A stretch of DNA of 64,000 bases from Candidatus Marinacidobacterales bacterium (lineage in GTDB: Bacteria > Acidobacteriota > Vicinamibacteria > Marinacidobacterales > SMYC01): assembly GCA_965237955.1 (NCBI GenBank), contig OZ250169.1:864001-928000 (forward strand). Direction: 5' to 3'. The position numbers were made by a program, and so were the translations under genes. Under the pieces are notes generated by a model. The model saw only the letters and a list, made by a program, of their open reading frames with translations, had not been told where the DNA came from and searched no databases. This document shows, piece by piece, positions 33,517 through 43,628 of this stretch (within the stretch, counting starts at the first letter, position 1; every line of letters begins with the position of its first letter).

Positions 33517-34956
33517 TCAACCCGTCCGCCTCACGATATGAAGGACCGGAGGAGCGGACTTCCGAAACCTCGACAACGCGCCCGCCGCTAGAACAAAAGC
33601 ATGTGCTGGATCATCTCGCTCGGTTTGGTTTGTACCAGCCTTGATAAGTCTGCAATTCCCGGATGTGTCGCTCTGCACCGTCGCGGCCGCCAGCGCAACG
33701 CGCATCAACGCCCGAGACGAAGGCTCAACACTGAGCTCGCCATCCAAGGCAAGCGCACGTACAGCGCGTATATCGGCGGAGCTTTCCGACCATCGAGTTA
33801 CCCTTGGGAAAATGCGAACCTTGCCGGCGAAGGCGTCCAGGAGCTCGGGGAGTCTAAACCTATCGCACACCAAGAACGCGAGCCCCGGCCATCGCCTAAG
33901 AACTTCATCGGCCAGAACGGAAACCCGTGGAATATTCCTGCCACGGTCTACCAACAACGAGCCCTCATCAACAAGCCGTTGATAGGCTCCTCTCACCGCA
34001 ACGTCTCTTTTTTCCTGTGCTGCGATATCGGGAAGCCCGCTTGTGATCGCGACCGCTTCAACACGCCCACCAGGAAAAACGGCGGTGGCTGCACTCCACG
34101 ACCTACCCGAGCCCAAATCGACGCCGACCACTGGCGCACCGCAGTCCGGCCCGAGCTCGCGGCCCTCGCACTTTCGCCACTCGGGAACGGTAAGCAGCAT
34201 TGTGGATTCGTCGGTGCTTTCCAGGTTCAACCGAAAACTCAAAAATCTGGCTTTCAACCTCTCGTCTTTTCTTGCTGCGTCTCTCTCTTGCAACAGCTTC
34301 TTGCGAAACTCCGACGAGATTTCAGTGAGCGGATTGCACCGTCTAATCTCTGCCCATGAATCCCAGCGATCGAGACGGCCGCGGAGCTCTTGAACGTACA
34401 CGCTCCCGCCCGAGCCCTTGTCGATAAGCGCAAGCCACCATGAGCCCGGCCGCGAAGGCGCACGAGTGCCAACGGCCAGAACACGGAGTTTGCTCGACGG
34501 CTTCCCTTGCGCCGTGAGAATCGCGTCCCACATATCGGAGCCCGCTTGGTTTTCCCAACTTGAAGGTTCGTCGCAGAAAACCATAGACACACCGACAAGC
34601 CCGTGAGCCGTTCGCGGATTGCTCGACATCACCCGGAGCTCGACGCCGTTCTTAGTGTCCCGAGCGCCCATCGAAGTTAGAGACGAGCTCCAACGGTACA
34701 GGCCCAGTTCTTCAAGCTCCCGTTTCACAAACTTGTGAGCGAACCTGCTTTGAGCCGTGCTACCGCTAATCAACACGACCTCGTTGTTGGGCTTGTAGAG
34801 ACTGGAGCCAGGTGTCATCGCCAGCGCAACAACGTGGGCTGCTAACGCCGTTTTTCCGTTTCCACGCGGAATACTCAGGACTCCCAAGTCAATACCAGGA
34901 GCCAGAGAACGTCGAATCCACGTCCGTTGAAACGACCTCAACTGGCTGTCCAGCAC
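33517..34956 (-). CDS. Phage terminase large subunit
   Basis: SIPRGNGKT Walker A, FCDEP Walker B, VGVDLG nuclease motif, C-terminal RDDPAHA. Confidence 0.85.
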   Translation of the reverse strand: MLDSQLRSFQRTWIRRSLAPGIDLGVLSIPRGNGKTALAAHVVALAMTPGSSLYKPNNEVVLISGSTAQSRFAHKFVKRELEELGLYRWSSSLTSMGARDTKNGVELRVMSSNPRTAHGLVGVSMVFCDEPSSWENQAGSDMWDAILTAQGKPSSKLRVLAVGTRAPSRPGSWWLALIDKGSGGSVYVQELRGRLDRWDSWAEIRRCNPLTEISSEFRKKLLQERDAARKDERLKARFLSFRLNLESTDESTMLLTVPEWRKCEGRELGPDCGAPVVGVDLGSGRSWSAATAVFPGGRVEAVAITSGLPDIAAQEKRDVAVRGAYQRLVDEGSLLVDRGRNIPRVSVLADEVLRRWPGLAFLVCDRFRLPELLDAFAGKVRIFPRVTRWSESSADIRAVRALALDGELSVEPSSRALMRVALAAATVQSDTSGNCRLIKAGTNQTERDDPAHAFVLAAGALSRFRKSAPPVLHIVRRTG

Positions 34957-35047
34957 CCCTCAGATACCCCCGTTTATGGAATCAAGCCCCAAAGCGTTGT
35001 AGGGAACCTCTATATGCACGAACAGGGTCCCCCCCTCATGCTCTGGC

Positions 35048-35335
35048 TTAGATGAGAATCCTATTGAACTCATCATCGTTTACGTGTTCGTGTTTGCCAT
35101 GATGAGACAGCCAAGCATGAGCCTTGCTCTTGCTAATCTGCACCCACACGTTGCCGTCGGCCGGGCGCACATAATTGTGAAACTCGGTTTCCCAAAGGGA
35201 CTCGCCCGGAGTGTGATCGAACCCGGTCCCCGGTTCGACCTTGTGTTCTATTGCTCGAGACTTGTCGAACACAGCCGATTCCACACCGTCACCTACAAGG
35301 ACTTGCTGTAGATCGCGTTCCTCACGTTTCATCAT
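35048..35335 (-). CDS. Hypothetical protein (prophage remnant)
   Basis: 95-aa ORF with AGGAG RBS, upstream of terL. Confidence 0.5.
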   Translation of the reverse strand: MMKREERDLQQVLVGDGVESAVFDKSRAIEHKVEPGTGFDHTPGESLWETEFHNYVRPADGNVWVQISKSKAHAWLSHHGKHEHVNDDEFNRILI

Positions 35336-35649
35336 TCGACTCTCCTTTCAAGAGGGGGTAGGAGCGCAGCGCCTAAGGAGAAACAGGGAGACGCCGCGCC
35401 CCTTGATAGCGTCGCGGGTATGACGAAGACCCAACGACGCCCTTGTGAGGGAAGGCGGGTGAAAATGCCGTACACCCAGCCTCCCACATGCGAACGTGCA
35501 ACACAGGGTTTTATTTGCACGTTCGCAGCTTCTTGTCATCGACATCATCCGCGATAGGCCGGAAGCCCAACAGGTGCAACTCAAGCAACCCCTGCGGTCT
35601 GACTCCCCGGACATCAATGCCGTCCTCGACCACGGCGGCACCGTGCAGC

Positions 35650-35763
35650 TGCCTTGGTGCATAACTCTGGACAACTCTAAAGGAATCAGCAGGTTACGTT
35701 TTTGGTGCAAAAATAGCAGAGTCGATGGAATCAATGACTTACCTGTATTTATGCACCAAGGCA
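35650..35763. mobile_element. MITE with IS5 type B ends
   Basis: TGCCTTGGTGCATAA...TTATGCACCAAGGCA; AT-rich interior with two IHF-like boxes. Confidence 0.75.
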
Positions 35764-35830
35764 GCCAGGGCCTAGAGTCCAGTCCCGGACTAATAATGAT
35801 GATGGACAACCACCCGCGTGCCCCATCCGG

Positions 35831-36358
35831 CTATTGGCCGACAGGGCTCATGAAGCCGCCGCTCACGGCGATCAGCACGAGCATGACACCCCACCCGGCC
35901 ACGCACACCACCACCGCGCGCCATGTCGTCGTGAAATCAAGCGCCTGCCGCACCGCCACCACCATCGCGACGAGCATCCAGATCGCTACCACCAGAAGAA
36001 GCAGGTCGCCGAGCAGCCCTGGCACGATGCCAAGCACGCGCACCACGCCTGGGGCCGCGGCGAAGCCGGTGGTCCGGAGCAACTCCTCCACATCGGAGCG
36101 CGTCTGGGGCTGCGCGAAGACCTTGGTGCCGAGGACGTAGATCAGGACAGCCCAGATGAGCCAGCCGAGCAGCGCCCCCAGGGTGCCGACGATGAAGTCC
36201 GCACCCTGGCCCCCCGCCAGGCCGATACCGCCGGCCACGCTCGAGAGGACAACCACACCCATCGCCTGCGCGGTGGCTCTCGGATCCGCCTCGACCTCCT
36301 CGTAGATGTTTGGTTTCAGACGGGCAGCGCCAACGACGCGTTCAGCAAAGGTATGCAT
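35831..36358 (-). CDS. Yip1-domain membrane protein
   Basis: AARL...YEEVEAD..AT.QA..VV, LLRTTGFAAAPG, AVRQALDF; five TM segments. Confidence 0.8.
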   Translation of the reverse strand: MHTFAERVVGAARLKPNIYEEVEADPRATAQAMGVVVLSSVAGGIGLAGGQGADFIVGTLGALLGWLIWAVLIYVLGTKVFAQPQTRSDVEELLRTTGFAAAPGVVRVLGIVPGLLGDLLLLVVAIWMLVAMVVAVRQALDFTTTWRAVVVCVAGWGVMLVLIAVSGGFMSPVGQ

Positions 36359-36737
36359 ACGCTTACAGAGTATGCCATGCCTCGTTGTGATCCGCATAAA
36401 AGAAGATCGCCTATCGATGGGCCCTTGGTCCGGTCGCAAACACAGGTACTGAGCTGCTGATTTATGGTCTATTTCAAAAGCGCCGAGTTTTGGCACAGGA
36501 CGGGGACCAATTGGCGATATCCCACCGACGGAATTCGAACATTGGTATGATTGCCGGCAACGGTCTGGTCTCGCTGAGGCCGGACTCAACTAAAACACTC
36601 TCCGGAAAACACGGGCGGTTCAGTTTTGATTTAATAAGCTTCTCTTGGGTCGTCATGGGTCTCTTTCCTCCTTATGTCGTTTGGCCCTGCTAGAGACCGT
36701 CAAGGCAGGCACTGCAAGTACTGAATAGTCAGGAGAG

Positions 36738-38874
36738 ATGATGCAGCTCACGAAGGTGTACATCCGTTTTTTCAAGTCCTTCAACTACGACTATGAGCGG
36801 AAGTTCGCTCGGACGTCAACGCCAGATCCGTGGGAATATATCGATGGTGCATGGTACCCCTTCGTTCGGATCGATTTGGAACCATCAATCACCACAATCG
36901 TCGGTGCGAACGAATCTGGGAAGAGCCACCTGCTTGACGCCATCGAGAGGCTGATCACCGGATCCGGAATTGACCGGAGCGAGTTTTGTCGCTACTCACA
37001 CTTCTTCTCTGTCCAACAGGGCGAGCGTCGTTCACCTGATTTTGGAGGCGAATTCGAACTCGTCAACGAAACGGACGTCGAGCTTGCGAATACGCACCTG
37101 CAGATTGATGCACCGGTGGGCGAGCGGTTCCACTTGTTTCGCCTAAACGGAGGTTCTCCGGTCATTTACCGTTCCGGGCAGGATGCGCCCATCAAGGTTA
37201 AGGCGAAGCAGGCTAAGCTGAGCCTCGTACTGCCGGCTGTGTTCAGGCTTGATGCTCACGTGCCCCTTCCAGCCAATATCCCGCTCTGTGAACTTGCGCC
37301 GAATGCGAACCGCCCGCACGGGACCAGGCGGTCAAGGCGTTCAGTCTTTGAGGGCATCCTCGGTAAGGCTTGGTCAAATGCCGACGAGTTCACCAAAGCA
37401 GCCCCGAAGCTCTACGGTCTATTCTCTGGTACGCCAACCGATGATGGCGACTGCGGCGGCGTCGAACAGCAGTACGAACTTGGCCGATCCCTGCTCTTTA
37501 GAGTCGCGAAAATTGATCCAACGACTTTTGAGGATTTATCCGAGGCGATTGCCGACGAACGGGAAGGGTACGTCAACGGCGTCCTCCAGAAGATCAACGA
37601 CGCTCTGGCCAGTCATCTGAATTTCCAGCGCTGGTGGGCACAAGACCGTGAGTTCCGGCTGATGGTGTCTCCACGCGAACATGAACTCGTGTTTACTATC
37701 CATGACTGCACACGGACAGACTACTCGTTCGCGGAGCGCAGTAATGGGCTGAAGTACTTCCTGAGCTACCACGTCCAGCTGCTTGCTCACCAGCCGCCGG
37801 TAACGGGACAGCCGGAGATCTTGCTCATGGATGAACCAGACGCCTATTTGTCGAGTCAAGGGCAGCAGGACCTCCTTCGCATCCTGGAGGCGTTCGCCCT
37901 TCCAGATGACCACAGTCGACGAGACCAAGTTGTCTACGTGACGCATTCGCCCTTCCTCATCAACCGTAATGCCGGCGACCGCATCCGTGTCCTCGATAAG
38001 GGCGTCACTGACGAAGGCACTCGGGTGGTGAAGGATGTCGCGCGAAACCACTACGAGCCGCTCCGATCGTCACTGGGCGCGTTTGTCGGTGAAACATCTT
38101 TCATCGGTGGGTCGAATCTCTTTGTTGAGGGCTTGGCCGACCAAGTTCTGCTCGCCGGCGTGAGCACGCACTTGCTGGCCGTAGGCGCGCCGAAGATGGA
38201 CACACTGGACTTGAATACTACGACGATCGTGCCCGCGGGATCGGCCTCCAGCGTCCCGTATCTGGTCTACCTCGCACGAGGTCGCGATGTGGTTCGTCCC
38301 GCGTGCGTCGTACTGCTTGACAGCGACAGGCCAGGCGACGATGCCGTCAAAGTACTGGCACGGGGTGGCCCACGTCACCGAGAGCTCCTGCCTTCTAATT
38401 TTGTGGTGCAGATGGGCACTTGGGCAGCAACGAAACCAACCATCGTAGCTAATGTCGTTGTGCGGGAGCTTGAGGATCTGGTTCCGGTTTCCGTCGCCGT
38501 TGCCGCCGCACGGAACTACGCTGTGAAAGTGGCGGATGTTTCGCATGAAGCAGCGGACAGGCTTGGCGAGGATCATGTCACGCAGATACGGAAAGAGTCG
38601 GGCTCGCTGTTCGATGCCCTCGCCTTGGCATTTACGGATTGCTTGGGACAAGATGCCCACATAGAGAAGGTCGGATTCGCCAAAGAGGTCATTGCGGTGC
38701 TGGCGGCGTCGCGCGGCGCCGCACCGTCGCCAGCTATTGAGGAGCTTCAGCTAAAATTTGGCCAGCTTCTAAGTCACCTCGCGAAACTCCTACGACGGGC
38801 CAACCAGCGCGAAGAAGAGCGACGCTTGAACAACAGGTTGAATCGAACGATCGCCGCATTTCTCGACGACTACC
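36738..38874 (+). pseudogene. OLD-family ABC ATPase/TOPRIM protein, 3'-truncated by IS5
   Basis: GANESGKS, ILLMDEPD, VTHSPF, FVEGLAD, LLDSD. Confidence 0.8.
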
Positions 38875-39959
38875 GGCGTTGTTGCACGGCCCGGAGCAAA
38901 TCGCTGACCTCCCTGTGCCGGTTGCAGAGTCACCCGGCGCAGTACGTATCGGGCATCCCGAGCGCAGCCATCTTGTTGAGTATCTCGCACCCAATTCGGT
39001 GTTCAACTCGTTGCCTCGCCAACGTTCGAGCCCGCATCTCCGGCCCGATGATCGCCTTGTAACGATAGACCGCGTTCTCCGCCATGCTTCGCTTGGTGTA
39101 GCCTGAGAGCTTGTACCATTCACGTCGGCCGTGTCTTTCGATTGCACGAATATGGCGATCGCGCTCCTGCATGGCGGTGTTCGAATTCTGACTGAGCGTC
39201 GCGTTTCGTTGCGGCGGAATCACCACGCGCGTCCTTCGTCCAGGACTGTGCGCTTCGATGGCTTCGTAGACCGCTTCCTTGTCGTATGCACTGTCCGCCG
39301 CCACCGACACTAGAGGTGCTTGAATCTGTGTTAGCAAAGCGGGGACTCGGGTTGCGTCGCGAGCGCGTGACGCCGTCAGTTCGGACGCAACAATGTTCCC
39401 TGTCTCGCGATCAACGGCGATGTGCAACTTGCGCCATGCGCGCTGCTTTGGCGGTTTGCGGGCGTTTCCAACATGAATCCTCAAGCCCGTGCTATCGATC
39501 ATCAGGTGGATGGGTTGAGTGCTCGCGGCTTTCGGAATCCGCAGCTTCTTGCGGAGCAACCTCGAGCGCCGACACAACGTCGAGTAGTCCGGGATCTCGA
39601 TACCGAGCCCGAGAAGCGAGGCGATCGAGTGCAAGAAGCCTTCGGTTTGTCGGTAGGCGAGCTTGTACACCATCCGGACAACCAGGCCCGTTTCAATCGC
39701 CATGTCTGAATAGACCCGTTGACCGCCAGGCTTACCGGTCTTGTCGGCCTTCCAGTTCGCGATTGCCTCCTCGTCAAACCAGACTGTCAAATCGCCCCGG
39801 CGGCGCAGCCCTTCGTTGTATTCCGCCCAGTTGCGAACGTGGTACTTCTTCTGCTTCGCGTGCTTGTACTGGCAGCGCTTGGGATACTTCATGCTCGAAC
39901 ATACCTCGGCCACCACCATAGGCGGATTTCGCTCTCAGCCAGAGCGGTGCAACAACGCC
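38875..39959 (-). mobile_element. IS5 type A, complete
   Basis: Both IRs; 329-aa ORF; no TSD. Confidence 0.92.
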
Positions 39960-40080
39960 GCCCAGGGGTCGGAAGCCAGCCCTGCGGTGCGAAATACCCT
40001 GGATTCTGCGCGGATTCCAAGGACGTCTAAGCTGCTGATTTGCGGTCTATTTCAAAAGGGCCGAGTTTTGGCACAGGACG

Positions 40081-40310
40081 GGGAACGGGTCAGCCGGTCG
40101 ACCTTGTAGACCACGATCTGCTCGACGAGACCGGCATCGATGTCGGCGAGCAAGCGCTGTAGGCCCGGGCGCTCCAGGGTTCCTCCCGAGAGCCCCGCGT
40201 CCTCGTAGACGGTTGGCAGCAGCACCCAGCCCTCCGCTTTCTGGCTCGCGACATACGCGGCGCAGGCTTCTCGCTGCGCATCGAGGGAGTTGAACTCCTG
40301 TTCGAGACCC
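40081..40310 (-). pseudogene. Internal fragment of the same large serine recombinase
   Basis: Matches ~7520-7750; bounded by an A-end and a C-end. Confidence 0.9.
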
Positions 40311-40526
40311 CGTCGTGTCCAAAAATACAAACGAACTCAAGATCGGCACGCCGGGACGTTTCGGAATAGATTGATGACAGCTAGTGGACCCACTGGTAGT
40401 TGATGCGGGCACGAATCAAAGCTGGGGATTATTACAGCGAATTGGAATCCTCGTTCAAGGGGAAACCGTAGTATCCTGGGAGCGTCTTTCAATACAGAAG
40501 GGGGCAACGCCATTTGGAGGAGAACT

Positions 40527-40778
40527 ATGGCAAAAGCGCGAGTGTTGACGCGGTTGGAACTAGCCGAGCATTTGGGTGTCGATAAACAGATGGTAACGAA
40601 ATGGGAGCGGTCTGGGATGCCGGTCCACACCAGAGGGCGCGGCGTGGCGTCTCAATTCCGTCTGGGGGAGGTCCGGGCGTGGCTAAGGGTGCGGGAAGCG
40701 AAGGCCAAAGCGGCGGAGAAGGCGAAGGTGCGGGAAGCCAAAGCGTCAGAGAAGGCGAAGAAGACAGCGAAGGGTTAG
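40527..40778 (+). pseudogene. Nu1-like terminase small subunit N-terminus
   Basis: ELAEHLGVDKQMVTKWERSGMP...F.L.EV..W winged-helix pattern; truncated by the DUF2924 leader. Confidence 0.65.
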
Positions 40779-41133
40779 CCCCAAAGGTTTGCTCCCAGAC
40801 CCGCCGTAAGCTGGCGAAGTCCAAACCGTCCAAAACGACGTTCCGGCCAATCCCTGTATCCTGCGGCATCACCGAACGTTCGCTCTTGTGCTCGATAAAG
40901 TCCAGTCTAATGAAGGACTTCCGGGTGCGAAGTTCACTGCCCGCAGCTCGCCCCGCAGCCGATTTGAGCCAGCCGTGCGCACCCCCGGTGGGCCTGTCGC
41001 TCGCCACCCGCAGCCCAGGGGTCGGAAGCCAGCCCTGCGGCGCGAAATACCCTCGATTCTGCGCGGATTCCAAGAGCGTCTAAGCTGCTGATTTGTGGTC
41101 TATTTCAAAAGGGCCGAGTTTTGGCACAGGACG

Positions 41134-43164
41134 GGATCCTGCTCGATCACATGAACGAAGTTGAATGGCTCGATGTCCGCGGTGACGAGGCTGGTCCAGG
41201 TGGTGCCGTAATCCATGGTCTTGAAGACGTACGGCGTGTTGTCGCCCCGACGGTGATCGTCGAAGGTCACGAACGCCGTGCCGCCGTCGAACTTGGAGGC
41301 CTCGATGTGCGACACCCAGGAGTTCGGGCGCACGCCGCGGATCCGCTCCACCACGTTGAGCCAGGTGCGGCCGCCGTCGCGCGTCAGCTGCACGTTGCCG
41401 TCGTCGGTGCCGACCCAGAGCACCCCGCGCTCGACCGGCGACGGCGCGATGGTGAGGATGGTGGTGTGATTCTCCGCCCCGGTGTCATCGAGCGTGAGCC
41501 CGCCGGACTCGTCCTGCATCTGCTTCTCAGGGTCGTTGGTGGTGAGGTCTGGGCTGATGAGGGTCCACGTCCTTCCCATGTCCGTGCTGCGATGGACGAA
41601 CTGGCTCCCGATGTAGAGCGCTTGGTCGTGGGGGTCGATCGCCATCCCCGCGTTCCAGCTGAACCGGAGCTCGATCGCCTCGGGATGGGCCGGCACGATG
41701 GACTTGCGCTCGCCGGTTTGAAGATCGGACTGGAGGATGCGGCCGCCTTGCCTCGTGGCGTAGACGTAGCGCGGGTCGTTGGGCTCGGCGAGCACGGCGA
41801 AGCCATCACCGAATCCGATGTTCTTCCAGTCGTAGAAGCGGATGCCGCCGTTGTGCCACACGGAGCTCGGCCCGTGCCACATGTGGTTGTCCTGGAGCCC
41901 ACCCATGATGTTGAACGGCGTCGCCAGGTCCACGTTGACGTGGTAGAACTGGCCGAGCGGCAGGTTCTCGATGAAGCGCCACGAGGCGCCGCGATCGCGC
42001 GAGAGGTAGACCCCGCCGTCGTTGCCGTCGATCAGGAACTTGCCGTCGGGGCTCACCCAGAACGCGTGGTGATCCCCGTGCACCCGCCCCAAGCGGAGGA
42101 GCGGCCGAAAGAGCTTGCCGCCGTCCTCTGAGCGATCAATCGTCCCGTGCAAGTTATACACGCGGTCCTCGTTGGTGGGGTCGACCCGCACCTGCGCGTA
42201 GTAGAACGGCCGCCCGGCGATCCTTTCAGCGACATCGCTTCCGTGAACGTGGAAGGCCGTGAACGAGTCGTTCACGACCTTCCACGTGTCGCCACAGTCG
42301 TGGGAGCGCAGCATTACGCTGCGCTTGGCCTCGACCACGGCATAAACCACCTGGGGTCCCCCGCGCGAAGTCGAGCCCCATGCGGCCGAGCTCGCCCTCG
42401 GGGAGGCCTTCGTTGGGACTCAGCCGCTTCCAGCTCTCGCCGCCGTCGTACGTGACGTGGAGCCCGCTCCCCGCTCCACCCGAGCGGAAAAACCACGGCC
42501 AGCGTCGGTGATCCCACATGGCGGCGATGAGGTGATTGGGGCTCGCGGGATCCATGACGAGGTCGCCGGCACCGGTGGTCTCGTTCACGTAGAGCACCTT
42601 GTCCCAGCTCTTGCCGCCGTCGGTGGTCTTGTACACGCCCCGGTGCGGGCTCTCCTTCCAGGTGTTGCCGAGGGCGCCGACGTAGGCAAGCTCCGGATTG
42701 CTCGGGTGCAACACGATCGCGTCGATCGCGCCGCTCGACTCGAGCCCTACGTGTTGCCAGCTCTTGCCGCCGTCCAGCGACTTGTACACCCCGGTGCCGA
42801 CCCCGGCCGAGTTGCGGCGGTTGCGCTCGCCGGTGCCGATCCAAACGAGCTCGGGCGCCGCCTGGTAGATGGCGATCGCCCCCACCGAGGACGCGGGCAG
42901 GCTGTCGGTGAGCGGCGTCCAGGTCACGCCGCCGGAGGTGGACTTCCATAGACCGCCGGTGGCCGCGCCCGCGTAGATGATGTTGGGGTCGGCGTTCACG
43001 GCATCAATGGCGCTGATGCGGCCGCTCATGCCGGAGGGGCCGATGCTCCGAGCTTTCAAAACGAAAATCTCGGAGATGTCCGTCTGGGACCGCGCCGTTG
43101 ACGCCGCGGCAAGGATGGTCATGAGGAAAATCGCCAAAAGGCGGGGGGAAAGACCCGCGTGCAT
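41134..43164 (-). pseudogene. VPS10/BNR-repeat glycosyl hydrolase-like protein, frameshifted (~42350) and truncated
   Basis: RSIGPSGMSGRI, Asp-box repeats S.DGG..W, GGLQDN, ISPDLT. Confidence 0.85.
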
Positions 43165-43628
43165 CGTGGCTGACTCCCTGTATTGAATTTTGGTAAATTT
43201 CGTGCGTCCCCCGGGCGTTGCCGCACGGAATACTACACCATCACCGCGAGGGTCACATCACCTTGCTTGTGGCGTTCAAAAAAATCGCCGGTTAAATGTC
43301 GCCGGTTAACCATGATTCCGACTATTTGGGTCAAAAATCCAATCTCCCGAAGGCGCCGATCCATCGTTCTGAACGACGGATTCGTCAGTCGCTAGTCCCT
43401 CCAAGCTATTCTCAGATAGAAGATTAATCTGATCGAGGGTTCCGGACTGACCGTCTGGTCGGTCGGATGACATCCAAATTTTTGAACAGGAAAGGGTATC
43501 GGGCAGGGGTACGGCCATCTAACACGTTTATTTCTATGGACTTATGTGTTATTTTTCGGTGGCTGGCAGTGGAATACAACTTGCATATGTTCGCGCAGGA
43601 GTCTTACATTCACAGGAGGTAGAACTAA

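Noticed and set aside
33517-35640. Intact prophage
   Set aside because: Only terL and a few small ORFs remain; no portal, capsid or tail genes
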